Source: an archaeon
GTDB lineage: Archaea > Nanobdellota > Nanobdellia > SCGC-AAA011-G17 > GW2011-AR17
DNA length: 64,000 nucleotides
Direction: 5' to 3'
Assembly (NCBI GenBank): GCA_043825775.1
Contig: JBDRRK010000012.1
Location: 1,237-65,236, forward strand
The position numbers and the translations under genes are program-made. Under the pieces are notes generated by a model. The model saw only the letters and a list, made by a program, of their open reading frames with translations, ran no database searches and had not been told where the DNA came from. This document shows, in pieces, positions 1-9,625 of this stretch (within the stretch, counting starts at the first letter, position 1; each line of letters begins with the position of its first letter).

Positions 1-81
1 ACTGCAGATTTTCTCTTAGTTAACAAGGAATTTGAAGCTATTATTGAAGAGGCTTATCAAGAGTTGTTAGAAGAACAATAG
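1..81 (+). CDS. 3' end of an upstream gene entering the window (…EEAYQELLEEQ*), partial
   Basis: Open frame 1 from the window edge to TAG at 79-81; no identity assignable. Confidence 0.3.
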   Translation, partial: TADFLLVNKEFEAIIEEAYQELLEEQ

Positions 82-118
82 AGAAAACTTAATAAAACCT
101 TATTCTTTTTAGTAATTT

Positions 119-1618
119 ATGCATTGGACTGATTCAATTGTTAAAAAAATTGTAGCTGAGAAAGGAGAGAAAAAGAAATATACTGTTGCGGCAGGGATAA
201 CTCCTTCTGGTGAGGTACATATTGGTAATTTTAGAGAGATTATTACTGTTGATTTGGTTGCAAGGGCATTAGTTAAAGCAGGGAAGAAGATTAGATTTAT
301 TTATTCTTGGGATGATTATGATGTTTTTAGAAAGGTTCCTAAAGGTTTGCCTAAACAGGATATGTTGAATAAGAATTTAAGGAAAGCGATTGTTGATGTT
401 TCTGATCCCTTTGGTAATGAAGAGAGTTATGCAAGACATTTTGAGGTTGAAGTAGAAAATGATGTTGCTAAAGTTGGAATAAAACCTGAATTTTTATATC
501 AAGCAAAGAAATATAGAAATGGGGATTATGCTAAAGGAATAAAAACTGCTTTAGATAATTCTTCTGTTATTAGAGATATTTTAAATAAGTATAGACAAGA
601 GCCCTTGAAAGAAAGTTGGTTGCCATTAACTGGTTTTTGTCCTAAATGTGGAAAGGATGAAATAGAATTTTCTGATTATAATAAAGGAAAAGTAAAATTT
701 TCTTGTAAGACTTGTAATAAAGTTGAAGAGATTAGTATTAATGAAAAATTTTTGAAATTACCTTGGAGAATTGATTGGCCGATGAGATGGAGTTATGAAA
801 AAGTTGATTTTGAACCTGGTGGTAAGGACCATTCAACTGAGGGAGGATCATTTAGTACTGGAAAAGAGATTGTAAAAGTTTATGATTGGACTGCTCCTAC
901 TTATTTGATGTATAACTTTATTTCAATTAAAGGTGCAGGTGGTAAGATATCTAGTTCTTTAGGAAATGTTATTACTCTTGGAGATTGTTTGGAAGTTTAT
1001 GAGCCTGAGATTGTAAGATGGTTGTTTGCAGGAACAAGACCTGGAGCTGAGTTTGCAATTTCTTTTGATGTTGATGTTTTAAGAATTTATGAAGACTTTG
1101 ATAGATGTGAAAGAATTTATTTTGGTAAACAAGATGCTAAAAATGATAAGGATTTAGAAAATCAGAAAGCAATTTATGAACTATCTGTTGTTGATAAAGT
1201 TCCTTCTAAGATGCCTTTGCAACCATCATTTAGACATTTGGCTACTTTGGTACAATTGTATGAAGGTGATTTAGATAAAGTTGAGAAGGAAGTTGGCAAG
1301 GGTAGAAGGATTAGAGCTGAATGTGCAATGAATTGGATTGAAAAGTATGCTCCTGAAGAGATGAAATTTAAGCTAGTTGATAAAATAAAAAGTAAAGATA
1401 TTAAACTAATTAAAGAAGTTGTTAGTAAAATGGATGGAAAGATTACTGATAAAGAATTACATGAAGAGATTTATAAAATTTGTAATGAGAATAATTATGA
1501 GCCTGCTGATTTCTTTAAACTGTTTTACAAAGCATTAATCAATAAAGAGAAAGGTCCTAAATTAGCTAGTTTCTTGTTGACTATTGGTAGAGTTAGACTC
1601 GACAAGCTCTTGAGTTGA
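119..1618 (+). CDS. lysS: Lysine--tRNA ligase, class I (archaeal type)
   Basis: 499 aa; HIGH-type motif 'HIGNFREI' near the N-terminus and KMSKS-like 'GKISSSLGN'. Length and architecture fit class I LysRS. Confidence 0.8.
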   Translation: MHWTDSIVKKIVAEKGEKKKYTVAAGITPSGEVHIGNFREIITVDLVARALVKAGKKIRFIYSWDDYDVFRKVPKGLPKQDMLNKNLRKAIVDVSDPFGNEESYARHFEVEVENDVAKVGIKPEFLYQAKKYRNGDYAKGIKTALDNSSVIRDILNKYRQEPLKESWLPLTGFCPKCGKDEIEFSDYNKGKVKFSCKTCNKVEEISINEKFLKLPWRIDWPMRWSYEKVDFEPGGKDHSTEGGSFSTGKEIVKVYDWTAPTYLMYNFISIKGAGGKISSSLGNVITLGDCLEVYEPEIVRWLFAGTRPGAEFAISFDVDVLRIYEDFDRCERIYFGKQDAKNDKDLENQKAIYELSVVDKVPSKMPLQPSFRHLATLVQLYEGDLDKVEKEVGKGRRIRAECAMNWIEKYAPEEMKFKLVDKIKSKDIKLIKEVVSKMDGKITDKELHEEIYKICNENNYEPADFFKLFYKALINKEKGPKLASFLLTIGRVRLDKLLS

Positions 1619-1843
1619 GTTTGTTACTTGTTCTTCTACAACAATTGGTTCTTCTGTTATGTTTTCTTCTGGAACTACTATTATTCCTGGAGTTGATTTT
1701 TCTACTGTTAATGTTTGAAAAATTAATAATCCTACTACAATTACTATTGCTCCTATTAGAACAAATTTTGTTACTTTTGTAAAAAATGTGAATAAAAGAT
1801 AAATAATTACAAGTATTATTAAAATTGTTATCAATTGATTCAT
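1562..1843 (-). CDS. Small membrane protein (N-terminal TM, S/T/E-rich tail), translationally coupled to pyrG
   Basis: ATG overlaps the pyrG stop (ATGA at 1840-1843); hydrophobic N-terminal helix; 3' end overlaps the lysS end. Confidence 0.4.
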   Translation of the reverse strand: MNQLITILIILVIIYLLFTFFTKVTKFVLIGAIVIVVGLLIFQTLTVEKSTPGIIVVPEENITEEPIVVEEQVTNSTQELVESNSTNSQQETS

Positions 1844-3465
1844 ATGATTATATTAACTTCTTCTGTATATAAGTTTTTTCTTTCTAAAGCTGCTTTTATT
1901 AGGTTGTAGAACATTGGATGTGGTGCATCTAATTTTGATGTTAGTTCTGGGTGAAATTGTCCTGCCATGAAATAAGGATGATCTTTTAGTTCTATTATTT
2001 GCATTATATTATCATTGTCTTCTGAAATTCCTGAAAATATCATGCCATGTTCTTCTAATAGCTTAATATGTTCTGGATTTACTTCATATCTATGTCTAAA
2101 TCTTTGTCTTGTTTTTTCACCAAACATTTCGTATGCTTTTGTGTTTTGTTTTATTATCACATCATGTGCACCCAAACGCATTGTTCCACCTTTGTCTGTT
2201 ACATTTTGTTGTGATGGAAGAATACAAATAACCTTATGGGGGGATTGTGGATCTGTTTCTGTTGTGTTTGCGTTTGCAAGATTACAAATATGTCTTGAAT
2301 ATTCAATTACTGCCATTTGCAATCCATAACAAATGCCTAAGAAAGGAATGTTGTTTTCTCTTACAAATTTTACTGCTGCTATTTTACCTTCAACTCCTCT
2401 TGAGCCAAAGCCTCCAGGTACAATAACTCCGTGAACATCTTTTAGAATTTCTGAATAATTAGCATTTTCACTTGTTTCAATCCATTTTAATTTTATTTTG
2501 CATTGAAGATTTGCTTCACAATGTTTTAGTGCTTCTAGAATAGATGCATAAGAATCTTCTAGTGCTGTGTACTTTCCACAGATTGCAATTGTTACTTCTT
2601 GATTTGGATTTGATAGGTTTGCAATTAATTTTTTCCATTTTAATAATTCAGGAGGAGAGTAAAGGTTTAGTTTTTTGTGTAATATTTCTACTAGACCTTC
2701 TTTTTCAAATACAAATGGAATTTTATATATATTATCTACATCCAAACCAGTTATTACTGCTTCTTCGTCAATATTACAGAATTGTGCTATTTTTTTCTTG
2801 ATTTTATCTTCAAGATATTGTGAACATCTTCCTATAATGACATCAGGCTGAATACCTTTATGTCTTAGTAGATTTACTGATTGTTGAGTTGGTTTTGATT
2901 TTTGTTCATTAACTCCAGATGGGATTGGAACATAGGTTAGATGCACATATAGAATATTATTTTTTCCAACTCTATTTCTTAATTCTCTGCATGCTTCAAT
3001 GTATAATTCATTTTCAATGTCTCCAACTGTACCCCCAATTTCTATTAGAACTAGATCTGCTTGTTCTTTTACTCCAACTTCAATAACCCATTCTTGAATT
3101 GAATTTGTTACATGTGGAATGAATTGAACAGTTTTTCCAAGATAATCCCCTCTTCTTTCTTTGTTTCTTATTCTTTCAAAGACCTTTCCCATTGTTAGAT
3201 TCCACTCTGATTTACAAGTTATGTTTAGGAATCTTTCATAATGCCCGAAGTCCATATCTACTTCTCCTCCATCATCCAATACAAAGACTTCTCCATGTTC
3301 AATTGGATTCATTGTTCCTGGATCTACGTTTAAGTATCCGTCCATTTTTATTGGGACAATTTTCATTCTAGAAGAGAGCAATTTGCCTATAGAAGCTGCT
3401 GCGATGCCTTTTCCAAGGCCAGAAAGAACACCTCCAGTGACTACAATATACTTTCTCTCTTGCAT
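1840..3465 (-). CDS. pyrG: CTP synthase
   Basis: 541 aa; N-terminal 'YIVVTGGVLSGLGKG' P-loop of the CTP synthase amidoligase domain plus a C-terminal glutamine amidotransferase domain ('GICYGLQ'). Confidence 0.95.
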   Translation of the reverse strand: MQERKYIVVTGGVLSGLGKGIAAASIGKLLSSRMKIVPIKMDGYLNVDPGTMNPIEHGEVFVLDDGGEVDMDFGHYERFLNITCKSEWNLTMGKVFERIRNKERRGDYLGKTVQFIPHVTNSIQEWVIEVGVKEQADLVLIEIGGTVGDIENELYIEACRELRNRVGKNNILYVHLTYVPIPSGVNEQKSKPTQQSVNLLRHKGIQPDVIIGRCSQYLEDKIKKKIAQFCNIDEEAVITGLDVDNIYKIPFVFEKEGLVEILHKKLNLYSPPELLKWKKLIANLSNPNQEVTIAICGKYTALEDSYASILEALKHCEANLQCKIKLKWIETSENANYSEILKDVHGVIVPGGFGSRGVEGKIAAVKFVRENNIPFLGICYGLQMAVIEYSRHICNLANANTTETDPQSPHKVICILPSQQNVTDKGGTMRLGAHDVIIKQNTKAYEMFGEKTRQRFRHRYEVNPEHIKLLEEHGMIFSGISEDNDNIMQIIELKDHPYFMAGQFHPELTSKLDAPHPMFYNLIKAALERKNLYTEEVNIII

Positions 3466-3531
3466 TTTATTTTTTCGGGTTAGAGGGTTTTTAAATATTA
3501 TAGTAATGTAATAGATAGGTTTAAAAATAAT

Positions 3532-3732
3532 GTGATTATTTTTTTATTTATGGAAGAAAAAGAATTTAATATCAAATTTCAGATTAGAGATGGTAGAATT
3601 GCTACTAAGATGACTTCTAAGAATATGCAAGTGCAAGAGAAGATTGGTTTGTTGGAGATTGCTAAACAACAGGTGTTGGATGAGGTTAGGAAGACTAAAA
3701 GAGATATATTTAAGGGTTATAAGGATGAGTGA
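3532..3732 (+). CDS. Small hypothetical protein
   Basis: 66-aa ORF upstream of the HIT gene; no recognisable motif. Confidence 0.25.
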   Translation: MIIFLFMEEKEFNIKFQIRDGRIATKMTSKNMQVQEKIGLLEIAKQQVLDEVRKTKRDIFKGYKDE

Positions 3733-4141
3733 TTGTGTTTTTTGTAAGATTATTAAAGGTAAAGTTCCTTGTACTAAGATTTATGAAGATGAACACAACT
3801 TTGTTTTTTTGAGTATAAGTCCGGCTGTACCAGAAGGAGGGCATACTTTAGTTATTCCTAAGAAACATTATGAGCATATTGATGAGATGGATGAAGAGAG
3901 TTATTTAAATTTAATGAAGACTGTACATAAATTTTCTAAAGTATTATTAAAATTTGGTGAAGGTTTAAATATTGTTCAAAATAATCATAAAATTGCTGGA
4001 CAGGTTGTTCCACATGTGCATTTTCATTTGATTCCTAGATTTTCTGATGATCATGTTGAGATAAATTATTGGAAAGAGCATGAGTTTTCTAAAGAAAAGA
4101 TGAAAGAAGTGGCTGAAAAGATAAAAAAATTAAGCTCCTAG
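3725..4141 (+). CDS. HIT-family (histidine triad) nucleotide hydrolase
   Basis: Histidine triad 'PHVHFHLIPR'; 'CVFCKII' N-terminus typical of HIT proteins. The likely start is the internal ATG at 3725, not the ORF-track start 3644. Confidence 0.8.
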   Translation: MSDCVFCKIIKGKVPCTKIYEDEHNFVFLSISPAVPEGGHTLVIPKKHYEHIDEMDEESYLNLMKTVHKFSKVLLKFGEGLNIVQNNHKIAGQVVPHVHFHLIPRFSDDHVEINYWKEHEFSKEKMKEVAEKIKKLSS

Positions 4142-4327
4142 AAATTTTAGAGCTTCAAATACTAGAAATGCTGGCCATACTAATGATTTTAGAATACCTA
4201 GAACTCCCATCCAGAATCCGGTTGCTGTTGATACATAATAAATTGCTGAACCTATGAATCCAAGTCCATAGAGTGCTCCTGTGCAACCATGGCTGCTCAT
4301 ACTACAACTATATGCTTTTTTCTTCAT
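4130..4327 (-). CDS. Small membrane protein
   Basis: Internal Met 'MKKKAYS…' followed by hydrophobic helices. The longer ORF-track version overlaps the next gene. Confidence 0.3.
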   Translation of the reverse strand: MKKKAYSCSMSSHGCTGALYGLGFIGSAIYYVSTATGFWMGVLGILKSLVWPAFLVFEALKFLGA

Positions 4328-4340
4328 TTTTGTCCTCCTA

Positions 4341-4622
4341 TTATTTTCCATTGTTTTTTGTACAAAAATATAATTTCTTAAGCTTGTTTTCTTTGTGAAC
4401 TTTACATTGTGCACATATACATCCTTTTTCTTTAGATATACAGTTGCTTTTTTCAAATGCACAAAATAAACCTTCAAAATGATTTAATTTTTGTATGTTT
4501 CCTTTTATTTTAGCCTTAGCATAATTAGGAATTGCTTTTATCTTGCATCTTAGGCTATAACTTGGACAGCTTATACAAATACATTTGTTTAAGTTTTCTT
4601 TTGTTCTTTTAACTTTTCCCAT
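4341..4622 (-). CDS. Cysteine-rich small protein (putative metal-binding)
   Basis: 93 aa with many Cys clusters (CICISCPSY…C, CICAQC). Confidence 0.35.
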   Translation of the reverse strand: MGKVKRTKENLNKCICISCPSYSLRCKIKAIPNYAKAKIKGNIQKLNHFEGLFCAFEKSNCISKEKGCICAQCKVHKENKLKKLYFCTKNNGK

Positions 4623-4685
4623 ATTTTTATGAGGATATTTTTGTTTATAATGTTTTGTTTTTGTGTAAAAACTTTTTAGATTAGT

Positions 4686-5663
4686 TTAAAGTAACCAAAC
4701 AACTACAAGAAAATAGATTATTATAGAAGTTATATCTGAAATTATTGTTGCAACTGGTCCGCTACCTAATGCTGGATCAAATTTAAATTTTTTAATTAAA
4801 AAAGTAATAAAAAGAGCACTACAGCTTGTGATTAGAAGTGAGATAAATGAAGCTAAAGCTATTACGAAAGCTATAAGTGGCATTTTCCAAACTAATAAGA
4901 TAAATAAGAAGATCATACTTCCAATAATAATTCCCATTATGGATGCAACTTCTAATTGTTTAAAAAAATATTTTTTAATATTAATCTTTTTTCCTAGAAC
5001 TGCTAAATCCCTTACAAATATAGTTTGAACTTGTGTTCCTAGCGCATCACTCATATAAACAATTGCAGGAACAAAAGATGCAATAATCAAATATTTTGCA
5101 AGTGTTTCTTCAAATAATACTATATATAAAGCCATGAACATTGCGCCCATGAGTCCGACAATTAGCCAAGGTATACGATCTTTTATAACCTTAAGTAAAG
5201 GAATTTCTAAACTGTTTTCGAACTCTAAGTGGGATTTGTGAATTCCTGCAAAATTGAATATGTTTTCCTTTAATGATTTGTTTATTGTTGATATGATCTG
5301 TCTTGAGGATATAACTCCTAGTAGTTTTTTTGATTTTACAACAGGGATTTGTTTTAAGTTATATTTTAATGCTAAATGAGCAATTGTTTCCATTTCTGTT
5401 GTTGGAGAAACAGTTATTATTCTTTTTTTAATGAATTCTTTTATAGGCCTGTTTTTAGAGTTGTTAAAAAGTTCTTGTATAGAAAATACACCTGTAAGTT
5501 TGTTTTTATTGTTAATTATATATATGTAATCAACACTATCAAAAGTATTACTACTTTTTTCTAGCATAGCAAGAACATCTTTTACAGTATTACTCTCTTT
5601 AACTAATGGAATTTTTTTGATAATATATTTTTCTATTGAATGAGTTGCAATTTTATTATCCAT
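4686..5663 (-). CDS. mgtE: Magnesium transporter MgtE (CBS pair + MgtE TM domain)
   Basis: 'RIPWLIVGLMGAMF…LFEETLAKYLIIASFVPAIVYMSDALGTQVQTIFVRDLA' matches the MgtE TM core; 'DPALGSGPVATIISD' matches the C-terminal MgtE motif; CBS region precedes. Confidence 0.85.
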   Translation of the reverse strand: MDNKIATHSIEKYIIKKIPLVKESNTVKDVLAMLEKSSNTFDSVDYIYIINNKNKLTGVFSIQELFNNSKNRPIKEFIKKRIITVSPTTEMETIAHLALKYNLKQIPVVKSKKLLGVISSRQIISTINKSLKENIFNFAGIHKSHLEFENSLEIPLLKVIKDRIPWLIVGLMGAMFMALYIVLFEETLAKYLIIASFVPAIVYMSDALGTQVQTIFVRDLAVLGKKINIKKYFFKQLEVASIMGIIIGSMIFLFILLVWKMPLIAFVIALASFISLLITSCSALFITFLIKKFKFDPALGSGPVATIISDITSIIIYFLVVVWLL

Positions 5664-5796
5664 ACTACCTTCTTTTTTAAATTTATTTTAATACTTAGAT
5701 TAGTTATATTTATAGCCTTTTCTATGAGATTTATTAAAAAATGCATAGGATATCTTTAAAAACTTTTATAAATGCCAGTTTTTTCTTGTTGGTAAT

Positions 5797-5870
5797 GGCG
5801 TTGTGGCTTAGTCTGGTAAAGCATCAGTCTCATGAGCTGAGGATCGGGGGTTCGAATCCCCTCAACGCCA
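5797..5870 (+). tRNA. tRNA-Met (anticodon CAT; elongator or Ile2-type)
   Basis: Cloverleaf: acceptor GGCGTTG/CAACGCC, T-arm GGGGG-TTCGAAT-CCCCT, anticodon loop CTCATGA. Confidence 0.75.
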
Positions 5871-5882
5871 GATTTTTTTAAA

Positions 5883-6284
5883 ATGATAAAACCTGTTCTA
5901 GTGGATGAGGATATAAGGTGGGAATGTGTTAATTGTGGTAGATGTTGTTTTAAGATTGGTGATGAGTTTTCTTTGCATTTGTTTGGAGTTAAAACGGATA
6001 ATGGTAAATGTGTTAAATTTGATAAAAGGTGTACTATCTATAATGAAAGGCCACTGGGTTGTAAAATGTATCCTTTTTATCCAGATTGGGAGAGGTTGAA
6101 AAAAGGTGAAATTAGTTTTAATGTTGGTGGTTTACAGATTGATTCTGATTGTAGTGGTTTTGGTTCTGGGGATTTGGTTGTAGGTAATAAGAAGTTGTTT
6201 AAGAAGTTGAAGAAAGTTGCTTTAGAGTTAAAGGAAAAAATGATTGAGAATAGATCTGGGAAGATTAAAGAATTGTTTATGTAA
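5883..6284 (+). CDS. YkgJ/UPF0153-like CxxCxxCC zinc/iron-chelating domain protein
   Basis: 'CVNCGRCC' motif plus further conserved Cys. Confidence 0.45.
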   Translation: MIKPVLVDEDIRWECVNCGRCCFKIGDEFSLHLFGVKTDNGKCVKFDKRCTIYNERPLGCKMYPFYPDWERLKKGEISFNVGGLQIDSDCSGFGSGDLVVGNKKLFKKLKKVALELKEKMIENRSGKIKELFM

Positions 6285-6341
6285 AAAATTAATAATTTCT
6301 TTTAATATTTTAGTTAATTTTATTAAGTAATTAATCTTGAT

Positions 6342-8126
6342 ATGATTATGAAGAAGTTTAAGGACCTTGATTTAAAATATAACTTCAAGATTTATTTGAG
6401 TTTCTTGAAAGAATATAAATTTGCTGTAATCACAATGCTTTTGATAGTTTTTATACTAGAAGTTACTTATGCTGTTGATAAATATTTGTTTAAAATTCTT
6501 ATTGATGAAGGAACTGAATTTGTAAATTTAGACTTGGCTAGGTCTGAATTTGTTGATATTCTTTTAATGATTGCTGTTGTTTTTATTATTCTTATTATTA
6601 TAAGATTTCTTTTTACTTTTTTAAAGACTCATATTATGATAAGATTAGAAAGTAAATTGATTAGAGATTTGAAAAGGAGATTTTTTAATCATATTATTCA
6701 TCTTTCGCATAATTTCCATTCTTCACATAAAACTGGATCTCTTATTTCAAGATTATTAAGAGGAAGTAGAGCTATAGAGGGGATGACTGATGTTATTGTC
6801 TTTAATTTTTCTCCGATGGTATTTCAGTTGATTGTTGTATTTGTTTCAATTGTTTATTTTGATTTTACTTCAGCTATGGTTGTTTTACTTACAGTTACTG
6901 CTTTTATTGTGTATAGTATTGTTTTACAGAACAGACAGAAAGAACATGGCAATATTAGAAATAGACAGGAGGATTATGAGAAGGCTTATCTGAGTGATGT
7001 CATGACTAATATTGATTCAATAAAATATTTTGGTAAAGAGGTTAATATTAAAAGAAGGTTTTCTTGGTTTACAGAGAAAACAAAAGATACATTGTTAAAA
7101 TATTGGAGTTTTTATAGGTGGCTTGATTCTGTTCAGATTTTAATTTTAGGAGTAGGAACTTTCTTTTTGATATACTTTCCAGCAGTCTCTTTTTTGAATG
7201 GAGAACTTACATTGGGTACTTTGGTATTTATCTTTACTGTTTTTGGTAATTTGGGAAGGCCATTGTATGGTTTTGTTTGGGGGATTAGAAGATATTATGA
7301 ATCAATGATAGACTTTGAAGATTTGTTTCAGTATGGCAAAATTGTAAATGAGATTGAAGATAAATATGATTCTTCTATTTTGAAGATAAGAAGAGGAGAA
7401 ATTGAATTTAAGGATGTTACTTTTGGTTATAGAAAAGATAAAATCTTTAAAGAGTTTGATTTGAAAATTGAGCCTAATCAAAAAGTAGCGATTATTGGTC
7501 ATTCTGGTTGTGGGAAAACTACCTTAGTAAAGTTGTTGTATAGGCTATATGATGTTGAAAGAGGGCAGATACTTATTGATGGAAAGGATATTAGAGATTT
7601 TAAACAGGAGTCTCTTAGAAGTGAGTTGAGTATTGTTCCTCAAGAATGTATCTTGTTTGATGATACTATTTACAATAACATTGCATTTTCAAAACCTGGA
7701 GCTAGTAGAATGGAAGTGATGAGGGCAATTAGGTTTGCTCAATTAGATAGAGTAATTGCTGGTTTTCCAAAAAAAGAAAGAACTATTGTTGGTGAACGTG
7801 GAGTTAAATTGTCTGGGGGGGAGAAGCAGAGGGTTTCAATTGCAAGAGCAATATTGGCTGATAAGAAAGTTTTAGTCTTGGATGAAGCGACTTCATCTTT
7901 AGATTCTGAAACTGAATATGAGATTCAAAAGGATTTGTTGAGATTGACTGAAGGAAGAACTGCAATAATGATTGCACATAGATTATCTACTATTATGCAT
8001 GCTGATAAGATTGTTGTTATGGATAAAGGGAAAATTGTTCAGATTGGTACACATAATCAGTTGTTGAGGCAAAAAGGGGAATATAGAAAATTGTGGAATT
8101 TACAGAAAGGAGGTTATATCAAGTGA
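6342..8126 (+). CDS. ABC exporter, fused permease/ATP-binding (MsbA-like)
   Basis: N-terminal 6-TM region; Walker A 'GHSGCGKTT', signature 'LSGGEKQRVSIARA', Walker B 'VLVLDEATSSLD'. Confidence 0.9.
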   Translation: MIMKKFKDLDLKYNFKIYLSFLKEYKFAVITMLLIVFILEVTYAVDKYLFKILIDEGTEFVNLDLARSEFVDILLMIAVVFIILIIIRFLFTFLKTHIMIRLESKLIRDLKRRFFNHIIHLSHNFHSSHKTGSLISRLLRGSRAIEGMTDVIVFNFSPMVFQLIVVFVSIVYFDFTSAMVVLLTVTAFIVYSIVLQNRQKEHGNIRNRQEDYEKAYLSDVMTNIDSIKYFGKEVNIKRRFSWFTEKTKDTLLKYWSFYRWLDSVQILILGVGTFFLIYFPAVSFLNGELTLGTLVFIFTVFGNLGRPLYGFVWGIRRYYESMIDFEDLFQYGKIVNEIEDKYDSSILKIRRGEIEFKDVTFGYRKDKIFKEFDLKIEPNQKVAIIGHSGCGKTTLVKLLYRLYDVERGQILIDGKDIRDFKQESLRSELSIVPQECILFDDTIYNNIAFSKPGASRMEVMRAIRFAQLDRVIAGFPKKERTIVGERGVKLSGGEKQRVSIARAILADKKVLVLDEATSSLDSETEYEIQKDLLRLTEGRTAIMIAHRLSTIMHADKIVVMDKGKIVQIGTHNQLLRQKGEYRKLWNLQKGGYIK

Positions 8127-8328
8127 TTAATCGTCTTGATGATCCTTTTTTTTCATTGAGGCTAATGAGATTTCATCTTCAATCATATAATAGTATATGT
8201 TTTGAAAGGTTTTAAAGGTTGTGGAACATGGGAATAGAGAATTCAATACAAAAAAACAAAGAAATTTTGGCTGCTTTTATTAGTGGGTCTGTGGGTAGAA
8301 GAACTAACAATAATTTGGAGGAATTGAA

Positions 8329-8655
8329 ATGAAATGTTTACCAAAAAAATATTTAGAAACAAAAGAAAGAAAGGAGATGTGGGAAGAAGCTAAGAAGATT
8401 TTAACAAAAATAGATAAGACTCTTGATTTTTCTGAAGTTTATGTTGTTGGCTCTTTTGCAACTGATAAAAAGTCTCCTAATGATATTGATTTTGCTGTTA
8501 TTGCCAAAGTTAAGAGTAAGAAATCGAATATATCTTGGCCTATTGATTTTATTATTCTTCCTGAAAATGAAGATAAAAATGAGTACTTGGATTTTTTTAG
8601 AGAATATATGAAAAAAAAGTATAAAAAAGGTTCTGGTATGGTAAAGTTGAAATGA
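8329..8655 (+). CDS. Minimal nucleotidyltransferase (Pol-beta superfamily)
   Basis: 'VVGSFATDKKSPNDIDFAV' = G[SG]x9-13Dh[DE] NTase motif; stop overlaps the next gene's start. Confidence 0.7.
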   Translation: MKCLPKKYLETKERKEMWEEAKKILTKIDKTLDFSEVYVVGSFATDKKSPNDIDFAVIAKVKSKKSNISWPIDFIILPENEDKNEYLDFFREYMKKKYKKGSGMVKLK

Positions 8656-9296
8656 AAAAAGTAACTCTTAAGGATATATTAGATTTAAGAAAAAATTCCT
8701 CTGAAGAGAATAGATTAATCAAGGAAGCCTATAAATTGGTTGTTAAAGTACATAAAGGACAGAAAAGAGCAAGTGGTGCACCGTATATTGAACATTTGCT
8801 TGAAGTGGGATATTTCTTAGCTAAAATGAAAATGGATTATGAGATTATAGTTGCAGGTTTATTACATGATTCTATTGAAGATGCTGATGTTTCTTTAGTT
8901 TATGTTAGAAAGTATTTTGGGAAAAGAGTTGCTAAACTGGTTGATGGTATGAGTTGGATTTTGAGAAGAGGGGTAAAAGATTGGCCTGCAAGTTATAAAA
9001 AGTTTTCAAAAATTGCACAGGAAGATACTGCTTTGGTTTATATTAAGATGGCTGATTTTAGGAGTAATTTCTCTGAAATGCAAGTTGTTAAGCATAAGAG
9101 ATTTTTTGAGAAGAAAGCAGGACCAAGAAACAAGACTTTTTTTATTCCTTTTTTTAGAGAGGTTGGATTGACTAAATTTGCAGAACAACTTGATAGAAAG
9201 ACAAGTAAATTTGTAAAAGAGGATGTTCCTGAGACCCTTTATGATTATATTAATAAAAGTGAGTTAAGAAAGATTAAGAAGGAGTTGAAGGTATGA
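8652..9296 (+). CDS. HD-domain (p)ppGpp-hydrolase-like protein (RelA/SpoT hydrolase domain; small alarmone hydrolase-like)
   Basis: 'GAPYIEHLLEVGYFLAKMKMDYEIIVAGLLHDSIEDADVS…FGKRVAKLVDGMS' closely parallels the Rel/SpoT HD motif. Confidence 0.65.
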   Translation: MKKVTLKDILDLRKNSSEENRLIKEAYKLVVKVHKGQKRASGAPYIEHLLEVGYFLAKMKMDYEIIVAGLLHDSIEDADVSLVYVRKYFGKRVAKLVDGMSWILRRGVKDWPASYKKFSKIAQEDTALVYIKMADFRSNFSEMQVVKHKRFFEKKAGPRNKTFFIPFFREVGLTKFAEQLDRKTSKFVKEDVPETLYDYINKSELRKIKKELKV

Positions 9297-9625
9297 AAGT
9301 TAAATTTCCATTTGATACAAAAGAATTATTTGATAATTGTGTAAAGAATGATCGTTTACCTAGGAATGATTTTAAGAAACAAGCTGTTTTGTTGAAGATT
9401 TTAGAGGATTTTAAAGATAAAAAATATAAAGAAATTGAAGTTAATGAAATTATTAAAAAATATTTTTCTGATTTTGCTACAATTAGAAGAGAATTAGTAA
9501 ATTATGGTTATTTTCATAAAGATTCTTATAAAAGTGAATATTGGGTTGTAAAAAGAGAGTTGACTATGAAAGATATTGAGAATAATACAATATTGAAAAA
9601 ACATGCTGAGGATTATTTGAAATGA
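9293..9625 (+). CDS. Hypothetical protein (operon member)
   Basis: 110-aa ORF whose start and stop overlap the flanking genes. Confidence 0.4.
   Translation: MKVKFPFDTKELFDNCVKNDRLPRNDFKKQAVLLKILEDFKDKKYKEIEVNEIIKKYFSDFATIRRELVNYGYFHKDSYKSEYWVVKRELTMKDIENNTILKKHAEDYLK

Noticed and set aside
2015-2801. Plus-strand ORFs 2015-2329 and 2544-2801, and similar short antisense ORFs such as 4828-5028, 5376-5564, 7302-7502, 8423-8611, 9006-9188, 9564-9758, 10931-11119, 11192-11482, 12047-12551, 12820-13584, 15550-15792, 19091-19294, 19824-20099, 21784-21984, 23187-23450, 29995-30249, 32258-32560, 32653-32835, 33813-34058, 36967-37200, 37743-37940, 40736-41163, 41436-41642, 44707-44982, 46741-47051, 49085-49708, 51376-51863, 52173-52457, 52787-53860, 54773-55015, 55563-55940, 56202-56813, 57428-57805, 58945-59249, 60332-60559, 61244-61429, 61927-62607, 63005-63345
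   Set aside because: They are embedded antisense or out of frame within well-supported longer genes. Their low-complexity translations are typical of shadow ORFs in AT-rich DNA
3644-3724. 5' extension of the HIT gene, and long versions of 4130-4477 / 43759-43848
   Set aside because: The extensions overlap neighbouring genes or translate tandem DNA repeats. The internal Mets give proteins matching family N-termini (CVFCKII for HIT)
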